NCBI GenBank assembly: GCA_963422565.1
Contig: OY730228.1
Location: 37,315-101,314, forward strand
DNA: 64,000 nucleotides
Source: Alphaproteobacteria bacterium
GTDB taxonomy: Bacteria; Pseudomonadota; Alphaproteobacteria; MPNO01
Direction of reading: 5' to 3'
Below the pieces are notes generated by a model that did no database searches, was not told where the DNA came from, and saw nothing but the letters and a program-made list of their open reading frames with translations. Below are positions 20,218 to 29,605 of the stretch, piece after piece (within the stretch, counting starts at the first letter, position 1; each line of letters starts with the position of its first letter). Both the position numbers and the translations under genes were made by a program.

Positions 20218-20820
20218 ATGGCCGAGGCGCCCGCGGATCCGCTTCCGCTCTTCGAGGCGTGGCTCGCCGAGGCCAGGGCGGGTGAGCAGGGGGATCCGAC
20301 CGCCATGACGCTCGCCACCGTCGCGGCCGACGGCAGGCCGTCGGCGCGCATGGTGCTCCTCAAGGCCGCCGACGCCGAAGGGTTCGTATTCTATACCAAT
20401 GTCGAGAGCAGGAAGGGCATCGAGCTCGACGCCACCGGGCATGCCGCGATGGTCTTCCATTGGCGATCGATCGGCCGCCAGGTGCGGATCGAAGGACGCG
20501 CCGGGCGGGTGTCCGACGCCGAGGCCGACGCCTATTTCGCGACTCGGCCGCGCGGCAGCCAGATCGGCGCATGGGCCTCCGATCAGTCGCGGCCGATGCG
20601 CGGGCGCTTCGACCTCGAACGCCGGGTCGCCCGCTTCGCCGCCCGCTTCGCCGCCCGCTTCGCCGCCGGGAAGATCGCGCGCCCGCCGCAATGGACCGGC
20701 TATCGGCTGGTCCCCGCGGCGATCGAGTTCTGGCGCGAGCGGCCGTTCCGGCTGCACGAGAGGCTGCTCTATACCCGCGGCCCGGCCGGCGGCTGGCAGG
20801 TCGCGCGGCTCTATCCCTGA
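20218..20820 (+). CDS. pdxH: Pyridoxamine 5'-phosphate oxidase
   Basis: DPTAMTLAT, PSARMVLLK, FVFYTN..SRKG, RQVRIEG, IGAWASDQS, IEFW..RPFRLHER. Confidence 0.96.
   Translation: MAEAPADPLPLFEAWLAEARAGEQGDPTAMTLATVAADGRPSARMVLLKAADAEGFVFYTNVESRKGIELDATGHAAMVFHWRSIGRQVRIEGRAGRVSDAEADAYFATRPRGSQIGAWASDQSRPMRGRFDLERRVARFAARFAARFAAGKIARPPQWTGYRLVPAAIEFWRERPFRLHERLLYTRGPAGGWQVARLYP
20629..20664 (+). repeat. In-frame 12-bp tandem repeat x3 inside pdxH
   Basis: GCCCGCTTCGCC three times (ARFA ARFA ARFA). Confidence 0.9.
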
Positions 20821-20842
20821 CCGGCGGCCGTCGGCGGCGGCG

Positions 20843-21592
20843 TCAGATCGTGCGGCCGCCGTCCACTTCGAGAATGGCGCCGGTGATGAACGCGGCCTCG
20901 TCGGAGACCAGGTAGAGTGCGGCGTTCGCCACGTCCTCCGGCTCGCTCAACCGGCCGAGCGGGACGGTCGCGACGAACTTGGCTCGGTTCTCCGGGGTGT
21001 CCGGCATGCCCATGAAGGTCTCGAGGAGCGCCGTCGCCCCCATGACCGGCGCCAGCCCGTTGACCCGGATCCCGTCGGGCGCGAGCTCGACCGCCAGAGA
21101 GCGCGTCATCAGGTTCACCGCGCCCTTGGACGAGTTGTACCAGGTGAGGCCCGGACGCGGCCGGATGCCGGCGGTCGATCCGATGTTGAGCATCACGCCG
21201 CCGCCGATCTCGCGCCAATGCGGCACGATCGCCCGGGTCACGTGAAAGATCGACAGGACGTTGATCTCGTAGAGTCGCCGGAAGGTCGCCTCGTCGACCT
21301 CCAGCAGCGGCCGGTTCCTGTGCGACCAGCCGGCGTTGTTGACGACGATATCGACCCGGCCGAAGGCCGCGATCGCGGCCGCGACCGCCGCGCCCACGTC
21401 CTCGGCCCTGGAGACGTCGCAGGTCGCGGCGATCGCCGCCGCGCCGATCTCGGCGGCGACGGCCTTCGCGCCCGCGCCGTTCAGGTCGACGACCGCGACC
21501 CTGGCGCCCTCGCCGGCGAAGCGTCGCGCCATCTCGCGACCGAAGCCCGACGCCGCGCCCGTGACGATGGCGGTCTTGCCCTCCAGTCTCAT
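20843..21592 (-). CDS. Classical SDR oxidoreductase (FabG-like)
   Basis: TGAASGFG, VNNAG, WYNSSKGA (YxxxK). Confidence 0.92.
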   Translation of the reverse strand: MRLEGKTAIVTGAASGFGREMARRFAGEGARVAVVDLNGAGAKAVAAEIGAAAIAATCDVSRAEDVGAAVAAAIAAFGRVDIVVNNAGWSHRNRPLLEVDEATFRRLYEINVLSIFHVTRAIVPHWREIGGGVMLNIGSTAGIRPRPGLTWYNSSKGAVNLMTRSLAVELAPDGIRVNGLAPVMGATALLETFMGMPDTPENRAKFVATVPLGRLSEPEDVANAALYLVSDEAAFITGAILEVDGGRTI

Positions 21593-21758
21593 GGTTCGGC
21601 TCCCCCTTCGAGGCGGGCTTCTTCGCGCGCGCTCCCCCGTCGCCACCCCGGCCCCTGAGGCGGCGCCGGCGAAGAGCGGCGCGCCCACCATATCCGCCGG
21701 TGGGATGCGGCGCCGACGACCGTCGGCCGCCCGACGACGACAGGTGCGCGGGCGGCTC

Positions 21759-23990
21759 TCATTTCCAGCATTCGACGAGGACGGTGAACGCCTTCGCCGC
21801 CGAGGCGATGTCCTCCGGTGCGAGGGCGCCGCCGGACGGTGCCGTTTCGTAGGCGATGCCTTCCGCGTCCAGGAACCTCCGCGCGGCGCCCGCGCCGATC
21901 GCGAAGTTGACGTTCTGCGGGATGTCGCCGGTCGTTCTGGCGACCTTCAGCGCATCCAGTTTCGAGACCACCACGCCCACCGCGTTCCCGGCCGAGTCCA
22001 GCACCGGCCCGCCGCTGTTCCCGCGCTGGACCGGCGCGGTGATCTGGAACCGGAGCCGATCCTCGCCCGGCCCGGCGAGCGCGCTTACATTGCCCGCGGT
22101 GACGTTCATCTGCGGGGCCAGCGTGCCGGGGAGCGGATAGCCGGCCACGACCACCGGCGCGCCCGGTCGGACGCCGCGCCCCTGTCGAAAGGCGGCGACC
22201 GCCCCGCCCGGCGGCCCCTCGAGCAAGGCGAGGTCCGCCGCCTCGTCGCGCGCCGCGACGGCGGCGGGGTCGGCGGGCCCGACGCGCATCTCGGCGCATC
22301 CGCGCACGACATGCGCGTTGGTGAGGACATGGCCGTCGGCGCTCACCCGGAAGCCTGAGCCGGTCGATACCCGCTTGAGCGCCCGTCGGGCACCGTCGGC
22401 GAGAGTGGACAGAAGCGCCCGTTCCAGACCGTCCGACAGCGTGCCGTCGACCGGAAGCCCGGCGGCGCGCTGGAACGCCCGGATCGCCGCCCGGGTCCGC
22501 GCCCCGAGCAGGCCGTCCGCCGCGCCGGGGACATGGCCGAGCCGCGCCAGGGACCGTTGCACCGCCGCCACCCGCCGCCGCGTATCACCGCCGTCCGTCG
22601 CGCCGGGCGCCGGGGAGGAGGGCGCCGCACCGGAATTCGGCCGCCAGTCCCGCGCCAGCCGCTGGGCGCGCGCGAGATCCCGGCGGGAAAGCGATCGCGC
22701 GACCCTGTCGCGGTTCCGCTTGGCCATGTCGTATCTGTCTTTATCGTCGCCGTCGGAGAGGCCGGAAGCGCCGAGATTCAGCCACATATGCGCCAGAACG
22801 AGGTCCCGGGGCACGCCCAGGCCGTTATCGTACATGACCCCGAGATTGAACTGAGCGGAGGCGTCGCCCTGCTCGGCGGCGCGGCGAAACCATTTCACGG
22901 CCTCGGCATGGTCCCGGAGCACGCCCCGGCCGTGTCTGTACATGGCCCCGAGATTGAACTGAGCGGAGGCGTCGCCCTGCTCGGCGGCGCGGCGAAACCA
23001 TTTCACGGCCTCGGCATGGTCCCGGGGCACGCCCAGGCCGTGTCTGTACATGAGCCCGAGATTGTTCTGAGCGGAGGCGTCGCCCTGCTCGGCGGCGCGG
23101 CGAAACCATTTCACGGCCTCGGCATGGTCCCGGGGCACGCCCAGGCCGTGTCTGTACATGAGCCCGAGATTGTTCTGAGCGGAGGCGTTGCCCTGCTCGG
23201 CGGCGCGGCGATACCATTTCACGGCCTCGGCATGGTCCCGGAGCACGCCCCGGCCGTGTCTGTACATGGCCCCGAGATTGAACTGAGCGGAGGCGTTGCC
23301 CTGCTCGGCGGCGCGGCGAAACCATTTCACGGCCTCGGCATGGTCCCGGGGCACGCCCAGGCCGTGTCTGTACATGAGCCCGAGATTGTTCTGAGCGGAG
23401 GCGTTGCCCTGCTCGGCGGCGCGGCTAAACCATTTCATGGCCTCGGCATGGTCCCGGGGCACGCCCAGGCCGTGTCTGTACATGAGCCCGAGATTGTTCT
23501 GAGCGGAGGCGTTGCCCTGCTCGGCGGCGCGGCGATACCATTTCACGGCCTCGGCATGGTCCCGGGGCACGCCCAGGCCGTGTCTGTACATGAACCCGAG
23601 ATTGTTCTGAGCGGAGGCGTCGCCCTGCTCGGCGGCGCGGCGAAACCATTTCACGGCCTCGGCATGGTCCCGGGGCACGCCCAGGCCGTGTCTGTACATG
23701 AACCCGAGATTGTTCTGAGCGGAGGCGTCGCCCTGCTCGGCGGCGCGGCGAAACCATTTCACGGCCTCGGCATGGTCCCGGGGCACGCCCCGGCCGTGTC
23801 TGTACATGAACCCGAGATTGTTCTGAGCGGATGCGTCGCCGCTCTCCGCTCTCTCCAGCAGGGAGCGCAGCGCCGGGTCAGCCTCCCCGATGGGCTGGGC
23901 CGTCGCGGGAGAGACGACCGCCGCCGCCAGCATGAGCAGGGCGGCGACCAGGGCCGATCCGGGGGTTCGCAATGCGGTTCGCTGTCGCAT
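21759..23990 (-). CDS. Secreted Sel1-repeat / peptidoglycan-binding / trypsin-like serine protease
   Basis: Signal peptide (..SPATA/QP); 10 Sel1 repeats; PG-binding domain VQRSLARLG..DGLLGARTRAAIRAFQ..GLPVDG; protease triad TNAHVV, DLALL, GNSGGP. Confidence 0.92.
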   Translation of the reverse strand: MRQRTALRTPGSALVAALLMLAAAVVSPATAQPIGEADPALRSLLERAESGDASAQNNLGFMYRHGRGVPRDHAEAVKWFRRAAEQGDASAQNNLGFMYRHGLGVPRDHAEAVKWFRRAAEQGDASAQNNLGFMYRHGLGVPRDHAEAVKWYRRAAEQGNASAQNNLGLMYRHGLGVPRDHAEAMKWFSRAAEQGNASAQNNLGLMYRHGLGVPRDHAEAVKWFRRAAEQGNASAQFNLGAMYRHGRGVLRDHAEAVKWYRRAAEQGNASAQNNLGLMYRHGLGVPRDHAEAVKWFRRAAEQGDASAQNNLGLMYRHGLGVPRDHAEAVKWFRRAAEQGDASAQFNLGAMYRHGRGVLRDHAEAVKWFRRAAEQGDASAQFNLGVMYDNGLGVPRDLVLAHMWLNLGASGLSDGDDKDRYDMAKRNRDRVARSLSRRDLARAQRLARDWRPNSGAAPSSPAPGATDGGDTRRRVAAVQRSLARLGHVPGAADGLLGARTRAAIRAFQRAAGLPVDGTLSDGLERALLSTLADGARRALKRVSTGSGFRVSADGHVLTNAHVVRGCAEMRVGPADPAAVAARDEAADLALLEGPPGGAVAAFRQGRGVRPGAPVVVAGYPLPGTLAPQMNVTAGNVSALAGPGEDRLRFQITAPVQRGNSGGPVLDSAGNAVGVVVSKLDALKVARTTGDIPQNVNFAIGAGAARRFLDAEGIAYETAPSGGALAPEDIASAAKAFTVLVECWK
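22770..23849 (-). repeat. Ten tandem 108-bp Sel1-coding units, near-identical at DNA level
   Basis: Unit starts (minus strand) at 23849, 23741, 23633, 23525, 23417, 23309, 23201, 23093, 22985, 22877. Confidence 0.97.
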
Positions 23991-24281
23991 GCCTTCGACG
24001 CCTTCCGTCGTGGATGGCATAAACCGCCGGAGACAGTAGCCGCGCCATGTCGGGAAATCCAACGGCGTATCCCCGTTATCCCCGTTTCCGTCGGCCCCGG
24101 GTCGGGGGCGGGAATTCCCACCCTCGATGTTGTCGTCTCCCGACAAGCGCCGAAGAGGAGCCCCGAGCCATCGTCCCGATTCCGGTCGCGGGCCGATCGA
24201 TCTCGACATCCGGAGGCGCCGGCATCGACATGTCTCGACGGGCGTGCGGCCCCGAGGCGGATGCCGACCCCGCGCCTGTGC

Positions 24282-24977
24282 TCAAGTCCGCGCGTTCTCG
24301 AAGGCGGTCCAGGCGCGCTCGAAGGCGTCGATGTCGAAGCCGGGCTCGCGCGCGGGCGCCAGGATCAGCGCCTCGCCGGCGACCACCCGGTCGATCGCCG
24401 CATCGAGCGCATCGACGAGACCGGGCGGGATGACCAGGGCGCCATGGCGGTCGGCATGGACGAGATCGCCCTCGCGCACGGTCAGCCCGCAGACCGTGAC
24501 CGGGACGCCGGTCTCGCGCACATGGACGAAGGCGTGGCTCGGTCCGACCCCGGCGGCGAGCAACGGAAAGTCCGACGGCACCTGATCGAGATCCCGCATC
24601 AGACCGTTGGTCACCGCCCCGCAGATCCCGAAGCCCCGATGCACGGTCGCGTTGACCTCGCCCCAGAAGGCGCCGGCGCAATCCGGGGCGTCGATGTCCT
24701 CGATCACCGCCAAAGCGGGCTTGGGCGCGGCGGCCATGTAGCGGTAATAGGCCATGCGGCGCTCCCGCCGCGGCGCCGCCGGCTCTTCCGGCGGCGCCGC
24801 GGCGGCGATCCGCGCCGTCCGCGCATAGCCGACCATCGCCGTAGCCCGGGGCGCGCTGAGGATCATCGTCCGGCGGGTGAAGGCCGAGAAACCGCGTCGC
24901 CCCTCCGCGGCCTCGATGGCGTTGCAGACCGTCGGCGTGTCGATGGCGCGGAGCCGCCGCAACAGATTGTCGTTCAT
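24282..24977 (-). CDS. RraA / HMG-aldolase family protein
   Basis: DTPTVCNAIE, MVGYARTA, FWGEVN, GAVTNGLMRDL, GDLVHADRHG. Confidence 0.88.
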   Translation of the reverse strand: MNDNLLRRLRAIDTPTVCNAIEAAEGRRGFSAFTRRTMILSAPRATAMVGYARTARIAAAAPPEEPAAPRRERRMAYYRYMAAAPKPALAVIEDIDAPDCAGAFWGEVNATVHRGFGICGAVTNGLMRDLDQVPSDFPLLAAGVGPSHAFVHVRETGVPVTVCGLTVREGDLVHADRHGALVIPPGLVDALDAAIDRVVAGEALILAPAREPGFDIDAFERAWTAFENART

Positions 24978-25975
24978 GCCGTTTCCCTTCCCTGTTCCCC
25001 GTCGGGCGGCGCGGCGCGGCCCCGAAGGATCTGCTGCCAGACCGCGACTTCGTCAATGAGTATCCATTCGGCGGCGATCGCGCCGTCCACGACATGCGCA
25101 TGGTTGATTCCGACGATCTCGACCGGGGCGCCGGTCGGCGGGCCGAACCGCCCGCGCCCGCCATGGACGGAGGCGAACGACCAACGCATCGCCAGCCTCG
25201 CCGGCCGTCCGGGATCGCAGCGCAGAATCAGATTGTCGACGGTCATGTCGCCGCCGGGAAACGCCGCCAGATAGCCGATCAGGAAACGGTCGAGGGCCGC
25301 GCGTCCGGACGCGGTCTCGCCGCCCGGAAGCTCGAGCGCGACCGCCCGGTGACGGGTCTCCGTCAGGGATGCGAGCCGCCGATCCTCCCAGAGCCGCCGC
25401 CAGTCTGCGGCATAGGTCCGCGCCGTCGGCGCCTCGTCGATCGCCCAAGGGCCGGCGGTTCCCGTCGCCGCACCCGCCCGCGGGCTCCGCCGATGGGGGC
25501 CGAGCTCGGCGGCGACCTCACGCGGCGCGAGGCCGATCTGACGGGCGATCGCGGCGCGGTCGCGGACGAGCCATTCCTCGGAGATGCGGTTCTCGCGCAC
25601 CGCGCAGTCGGCGATGGTCCGCGCGCGGATCGGCCGGCCCGTCGCCGCGCCGAACAGGCCATGGCCCAGATGGCGCATCGTCGAGAGGATGCGATGGGAG
25701 GAGACATAGCCCGCCTCGTCGTCCCCCGCCCAGATCACGTCCTCGCCGAGGAGCCGGCGGTCGGGGAACTCGTGCAGCATCTCCAATGTCGACGCGACGA
25801 CCGCCTCTGCGCCCCGGATCTCGATGCCGGGGCTCCGGACGACGCAGTCCTCGACATAGTAGCGGCGGATCAGGTCCGGTCGCCGCCCCTCCCAGATGCG
25901 TTCGGTGATGGTCAGGATATAGTCCGGAAGATCGCCGAACTCGCGGTCGAACCCGCGCATCGCCGCCGCCGTCAT
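24974..25975 (-). CDS. Tandem SnoaL-like / ester-cyclase (NTF2-fold) protein
   Basis: Two domains each with HxGxG.FG.[AP]TGxP and a terminal EW..xD motif; stop/start overlaps with neighbours. Confidence 0.82.
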   Translation of the reverse strand: MTAAAMRGFDREFGDLPDYILTITERIWEGRRPDLIRRYYVEDCVVRSPGIEIRGAEAVVASTLEMLHEFPDRRLLGEDVIWAGDDEAGYVSSHRILSTMRHLGHGLFGAATGRPIRARTIADCAVRENRISEEWLVRDRAAIARQIGLAPREVAAELGPHRRSPRAGAATGTAGPWAIDEAPTARTYAADWRRLWEDRRLASLTETRHRAVALELPGGETASGRAALDRFLIGYLAAFPGGDMTVDNLILRCDPGRPARLAMRWSFASVHGGRGRFGPPTGAPVEIVGINHAHVVDGAIAAEWILIDEVAVWQQILRGRAAPPDGEQGRETA

Positions 25976-26982
25976 GCCGCGGGCCGGGCCGGGTCGGTCG
26001 TGTCGTCGCCGCGGCGCACGACGACGACATCCGCCCGCGCCGCGCCCGCGTTTCGCCAGCTGCGCGGCAGATCTCCGGGCAGCGTCAGATGGTCGCCCGC
26101 GCCGAGCTCCAGCCGTCCGCCGTCCCAGGCGATGACCACGGCGCCCCGGTGCACGAACAGCACCTCGTCCTCGCTCCGATCATGCGCCGGGACGCCCGCC
26201 CCCGGATCGATTCGGATCCGGCGCATGTGGAAGCCCGGCGGCTCGCCGAGACCGCCGCCCGCGGTCGAACCGAGGACGGGCAGATCCGCGACCCCGGGCG
26301 CGGCGAGCGGCGAGCCGCGGTCGGGGCGCAGATCGCCGTCCCGTGAGACGCAGCCGAGCGCCTCCTCGGCGGTCATGCGCCGGAACGCGCTCAACTCCTC
26401 CGCGGTGAGCGGCCGAGCGATGCGGCTCCCCGGCGGCAGACGCCCGCCGGCGGCGGTGTCGATCAACCGGCCGTCCTCGGTCAGCACCAGCCCGGTCCCC
26501 CGCGCCGCGTCCAGCACCGAAGGCGCCCAGGTTACGGGGCCGGGGTCGTCGCCCCCGAGCACCGCGAACAGGTAGCCGCTGCCGCTGCCGATGTTCTCGA
26601 AGCCGCGGAAGACCCCGACCGGCACCGAGATCGTGTCGCCGGCGCCGAGCGCCACCGAGCCATCCTCCCGGTCGGGGCCGAAATGGAACCGGAATAGCCC
26701 CTCATGGACGACGAACACCTCGGCGCTCACGTGGCTGTGCTGCGAGTTGACGGTCCCCGGGGCCTGCCGCGCGCCGCCGATATTGAAGCCGTGCGGGATC
26801 GTGACATGGACGAACTGGTTGGCTGCCTCCGCGACTCCGGGTCCGATGACGGCGAAATTCTCGTTGCCCTCGCGGCCCGGGATGCGCCGGTCGACGAACG
26901 CGTCGATGCAGGGCACGAGGTCGCGGTAGCGGACACAGCGCCGCTCCAGCGCCCCCCGACTCCAGGAAACGCGGCGGCTCAT
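25972..26982 (-). CDS. Bicupin domain protein
   Basis: NSQHSHVSAEVFVVHEG..GDTISVP.G.FRGFEN and second cupin VPAHDRSEDEVLFVHRG..GDHLTLP. Confidence 0.82.
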   Translation of the reverse strand: MSRRVSWSRGALERRCVRYRDLVPCIDAFVDRRIPGREGNENFAVIGPGVAEAANQFVHVTIPHGFNIGGARQAPGTVNSQHSHVSAEVFVVHEGLFRFHFGPDREDGSVALGAGDTISVPVGVFRGFENIGSGSGYLFAVLGGDDPGPVTWAPSVLDAARGTGLVLTEDGRLIDTAAGGRLPPGSRIARPLTAEELSAFRRMTAEEALGCVSRDGDLRPDRGSPLAAPGVADLPVLGSTAGGGLGEPPGFHMRRIRIDPGAGVPAHDRSEDEVLFVHRGAVVIAWDGGRLELGAGDHLTLPGDLPRSWRNAGAARADVVVVRRGDDTTDPARPAA

Positions 26983-28058
26983 CGCCCGTCCGCGTCGCCC
27001 GACGGCGCCAGCCCCCGCACGGTATCGCGCACGATCAGCTCGCCCGGCAGAACCCGCCTCACCGGGGGCCGCGCGGGATCGGCGATCTGGTCGAGCAGCA
27101 TCCGCACCGCGGCCTCGGTCATGCGCCGCACCGGCTGGCGTACCGTCGTGATGCGGTAGCTGTCCCAGCGCGCCGGGTCGATACCGTCGAAACCCGCGAT
27201 CGACATTTCCTCGGGCACGCGTCGGCCGAGCGCGTGCCGCGTCGCGTCGAGCGCCCCGATCGCCATCATGTCGTTGGCGCAGACGACCGCATCGAGCCCG
27301 CTGCCCGCGCGCCCCGCCAACTCCAGCATCGCCGCATGGCCGCCGGCATAGCTGAAATCGCTCTCCACGAACGGCGTTGTCCGAATCCCGCGCTCGGCGA
27401 GCCGGGCGGCGAAGGCGTCGCTCCGCTGCCGGCCTACGGTCGAGTCCGCCGGGCCGCCGATGAACCCGATGCGTCGATGCCCCGTATCGACCAGCCCGTC
27501 GGCGAGCCGCCGGGCCGCCTTGTTCTGGTCGCAGCAGACCGAGCCCGCCGCGACGCCGCCGAGCGACCGATTGTAGAGTATCACCGGGCAGCCGCGGCTC
27601 AGGAAGGCGGAGACCTGATCCGCCGACAGCCGGGCCGCCGAGACGATGCCGTCGAGCTGATAGCCCACCACGTCCCCGATGATCCGGTCGACGCCGGCTT
27701 CGTGCGGCAGGGTGAACAGCAGTACCCGCTTCCCGTGCCGCGAGAACCGGGCGGCCAGCTCGGACAGCACCTCCGGGAAATAGAGATTGGTGAGGTCGGA
27801 GATGATGATGCCGACCATGTTGGAGCGGCCGGTGGTCAGCGTGCGCGCGATCGCGTTGGGTTGGTAGCCGAGGGCGCTGGCGGCGGCGAGCACCCGGTGG
27901 CGCATCTCGGCGGAGGCGCTGGCGCCCGGCTTGAACACCCGCGAGACGCCGGACTGCGATACGCCGGCGAGCCGCGCGACCTCGTAGGACGTGACCCGGC
28001 GCGGGTTGGGCGAGACCGCCGCCTCCTCGTCCCGGTCGCCTCCCGTGTCTTTGCGCAT
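26979..28058 (-). CDS. LacI-family transcriptional regulator
   Basis: VTSYEVARLAGVSQSGVSRVF HTH, LGYQPNAIARTL hinge, CANDMMAIG, GFDG, TTVRQP. Confidence 0.95.
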   Translation of the reverse strand: MRKDTGGDRDEEAAVSPNPRRVTSYEVARLAGVSQSGVSRVFKPGASASAEMRHRVLAAASALGYQPNAIARTLTTGRSNMVGIIISDLTNLYFPEVLSELAARFSRHGKRVLLFTLPHEAGVDRIIGDVVGYQLDGIVSAARLSADQVSAFLSRGCPVILYNRSLGGVAAGSVCCDQNKAARRLADGLVDTGHRRIGFIGGPADSTVGRQRSDAFAARLAERGIRTTPFVESDFSYAGGHAAMLELAGRAGSGLDAVVCANDMMAIGALDATRHALGRRVPEEMSIAGFDGIDPARWDSYRITTVRQPVRRMTEAAVRMLLDQIADPARPPVRRVLPGELIVRDTVRGLAPSGDADGR

Positions 28059-28100
28059 GTCCGCTCCGCCCCGACTGATCCGCCGACCGACGGAGCAGTA

Positions 28101-28152
28101 TTGCATACGGATGCAAAACATGCTACGGACAGTCTCCGCATACGGATGCAAA
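28101..28152. promoter_or_regulatory. Two LacI-type operators in the divergent promoter
   Basis: Near-palindrome TTGCATACGGATGCAA (28101-28116, central CG); exact 15-mer GCATACGGATGCAAA recurs at 28138-28152. Confidence 0.8.
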
Positions 28153-28182
28153 CCGCCTCGCGCGGGAGCTTGGGAGGACATG

Positions 28183-29526
28183 ATGACGACGATGGGATCT
28201 CGTCTTTTGGCAGGGGCGGCGGGGCTGTTGACGGCGGCCGCGCTCGCCGGCACCGGTGGCGCCGCCGAGCATGTGCCTTACAACCTCAAGCCCGGCATGC
28301 CCTATGCCGGAACCGAGCTGAACATCCTCTCCGTCGTGACGCCGCAGTTCGACGGGTTGATGCTCCGGGACAAGGAATTCACGGACCTCACGGGGATCGA
28401 GACCAATTGGACCTTCATCCCGTTCACGGCTTTGCAGGAGAAGGTCGCATCGGTCGGCGTCGCGGCCGACGGCAGCTTCGATGTCGTGAACTATCTCGAC
28501 AGCTGGGGGCCGCCCAACGCGCACTGGCTGGTGCCGCTCGACGACCGGCTGGCCCGCGACGGTATCTCGATGGACCGCTATCCGGCGGCGTTCGCCAAGT
28601 CGGCGAGCTACAAGGGCAAGGTGCTCGGCTTCCCGCTCCGCGCCCACGCGATGCTGATGTTCTACCGCAAGGACATCCTGGACTCGCTCGGCCTCCCGGC
28701 GCCCGGGACCTGGGGCGACGTCATCGCCGCCGGGAAGAAGATCCGCGCTTCGGGCAAGGATATCCAGCCGCTAGCGCTCTACTACCATAACGACGGCAAC
28801 CGCCAGAATCTGTTTATCTGGTTGAACTATCTCTGGTCGGTCGGCGCCGACGTGTTCGACGAGGACTTCAAGCCGGCCTGGGCGAGCGAATCCGGGCTGG
28901 CGGCGACCGAGGACTATATCGGGCTGCACACCAGGGAGAAGGTGACCAATCCGGCCTCGCTCTCCTTCGTCGAGCAGGATGCGCGCCAGTCCTTCATGCA
29001 GGGCAAATCGGCGATGATCCCGGTCTGGTGGTGGGCGTATTCGTCGATGATCAACCCCAAATCCTCGGTCCTGAAGGCCGACCAGGTCGCGTTCGCGGGG
29101 CTCCCCTCCTATAAGGGCCGGGCCGTCACCTATGCGATCTCCATGCCGTTCTCGATCTCGAAATACTCGAAGAACCAGGAGGCGGCCTGGGAGTTTCTGA
29201 AGTGGTTGTCGAACCCGAAGATGGACAAGGCCAACGCGACCGAGCGCGAGGTCGCCGGCAAGACGATCATCAACAATGTCGTGACCCACAAGGCGAACCT
29301 GCAGGATCCCGAGGTCAACGCGGCCAACGCCAACATCCAGATGGCGGCCTGGCAGTCGCTCGCGGAGTCCGACATCATGCCGCAGATCCCCGAATGGACC
29401 AGGGTGGGCGATCTTCTGTCGGCGGCCATCGCCAAGGCCGCGGCGGGGGGCGACGTGCGCAAGCTGATGACCGACGCCGCGGCGCGGACGGAAAAGATCC
29501 TCCGCCGCGCGGGCTACTACAGATAG
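28183..29526 (+). CDS. Carbohydrate (CUT1) ABC transporter substrate-binding protein
   Basis: Signal peptide, GGAGG RBS, MFYRKDIL..PGTW, SKNQEAAWEFLKWL. Confidence 0.9.
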   Translation: MTTMGSRLLAGAAGLLTAAALAGTGGAAEHVPYNLKPGMPYAGTELNILSVVTPQFDGLMLRDKEFTDLTGIETNWTFIPFTALQEKVASVGVAADGSFDVVNYLDSWGPPNAHWLVPLDDRLARDGISMDRYPAAFAKSASYKGKVLGFPLRAHAMLMFYRKDILDSLGLPAPGTWGDVIAAGKKIRASGKDIQPLALYYHNDGNRQNLFIWLNYLWSVGADVFDEDFKPAWASESGLAATEDYIGLHTREKVTNPASLSFVEQDARQSFMQGKSAMIPVWWWAYSSMINPKSSVLKADQVAFAGLPSYKGRAVTYAISMPFSISKYSKNQEAAWEFLKWLSNPKMDKANATEREVAGKTIINNVVTHKANLQDPEVNAANANIQMAAWQSLAESDIMPQIPEWTRVGDLLSAAIAKAAAGGDVRKLMTDAAARTEKILRRAGYYR

Positions 29527-29534
29527 ACCGGCCC

Positions 29535-29568
29535 GCCGGGGGCTTCGGTGCCGACCGGAGCCCCCGGC
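29535..29568 (+). terminator. Intercistronic 15-bp stem-loop after the SBP gene (mRNA stabiliser or partial terminator)
   Basis: GCCGGGGGCTTCGGT-GCCG-ACCGGAGCCCCCGGC with one G:U pair; no U-tract. Confidence 0.6.
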
Positions 29569-29605
29569 CACGCGGCGCGCCGCCGCGAGAGACGGTGACG
29601 GCACC

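Noticed and set aside
22770-23849. Possible CRISPR array or DGR template/variable repeats
   Set aside because: Units are contiguous in-frame coding repeats with no unique spacers; no cas or reverse transcriptase gene in the window; changes are not adenine-specific
25972-28116. Apparent long fusion ORFs in the track (714 aa here; 800 aa at 15875-18277; 776 aa at 43368-45698)
   Set aside because: N-terminal parts are off-frame read-through over neighbouring genes; true starts are internal (26982, 17422, 45000)
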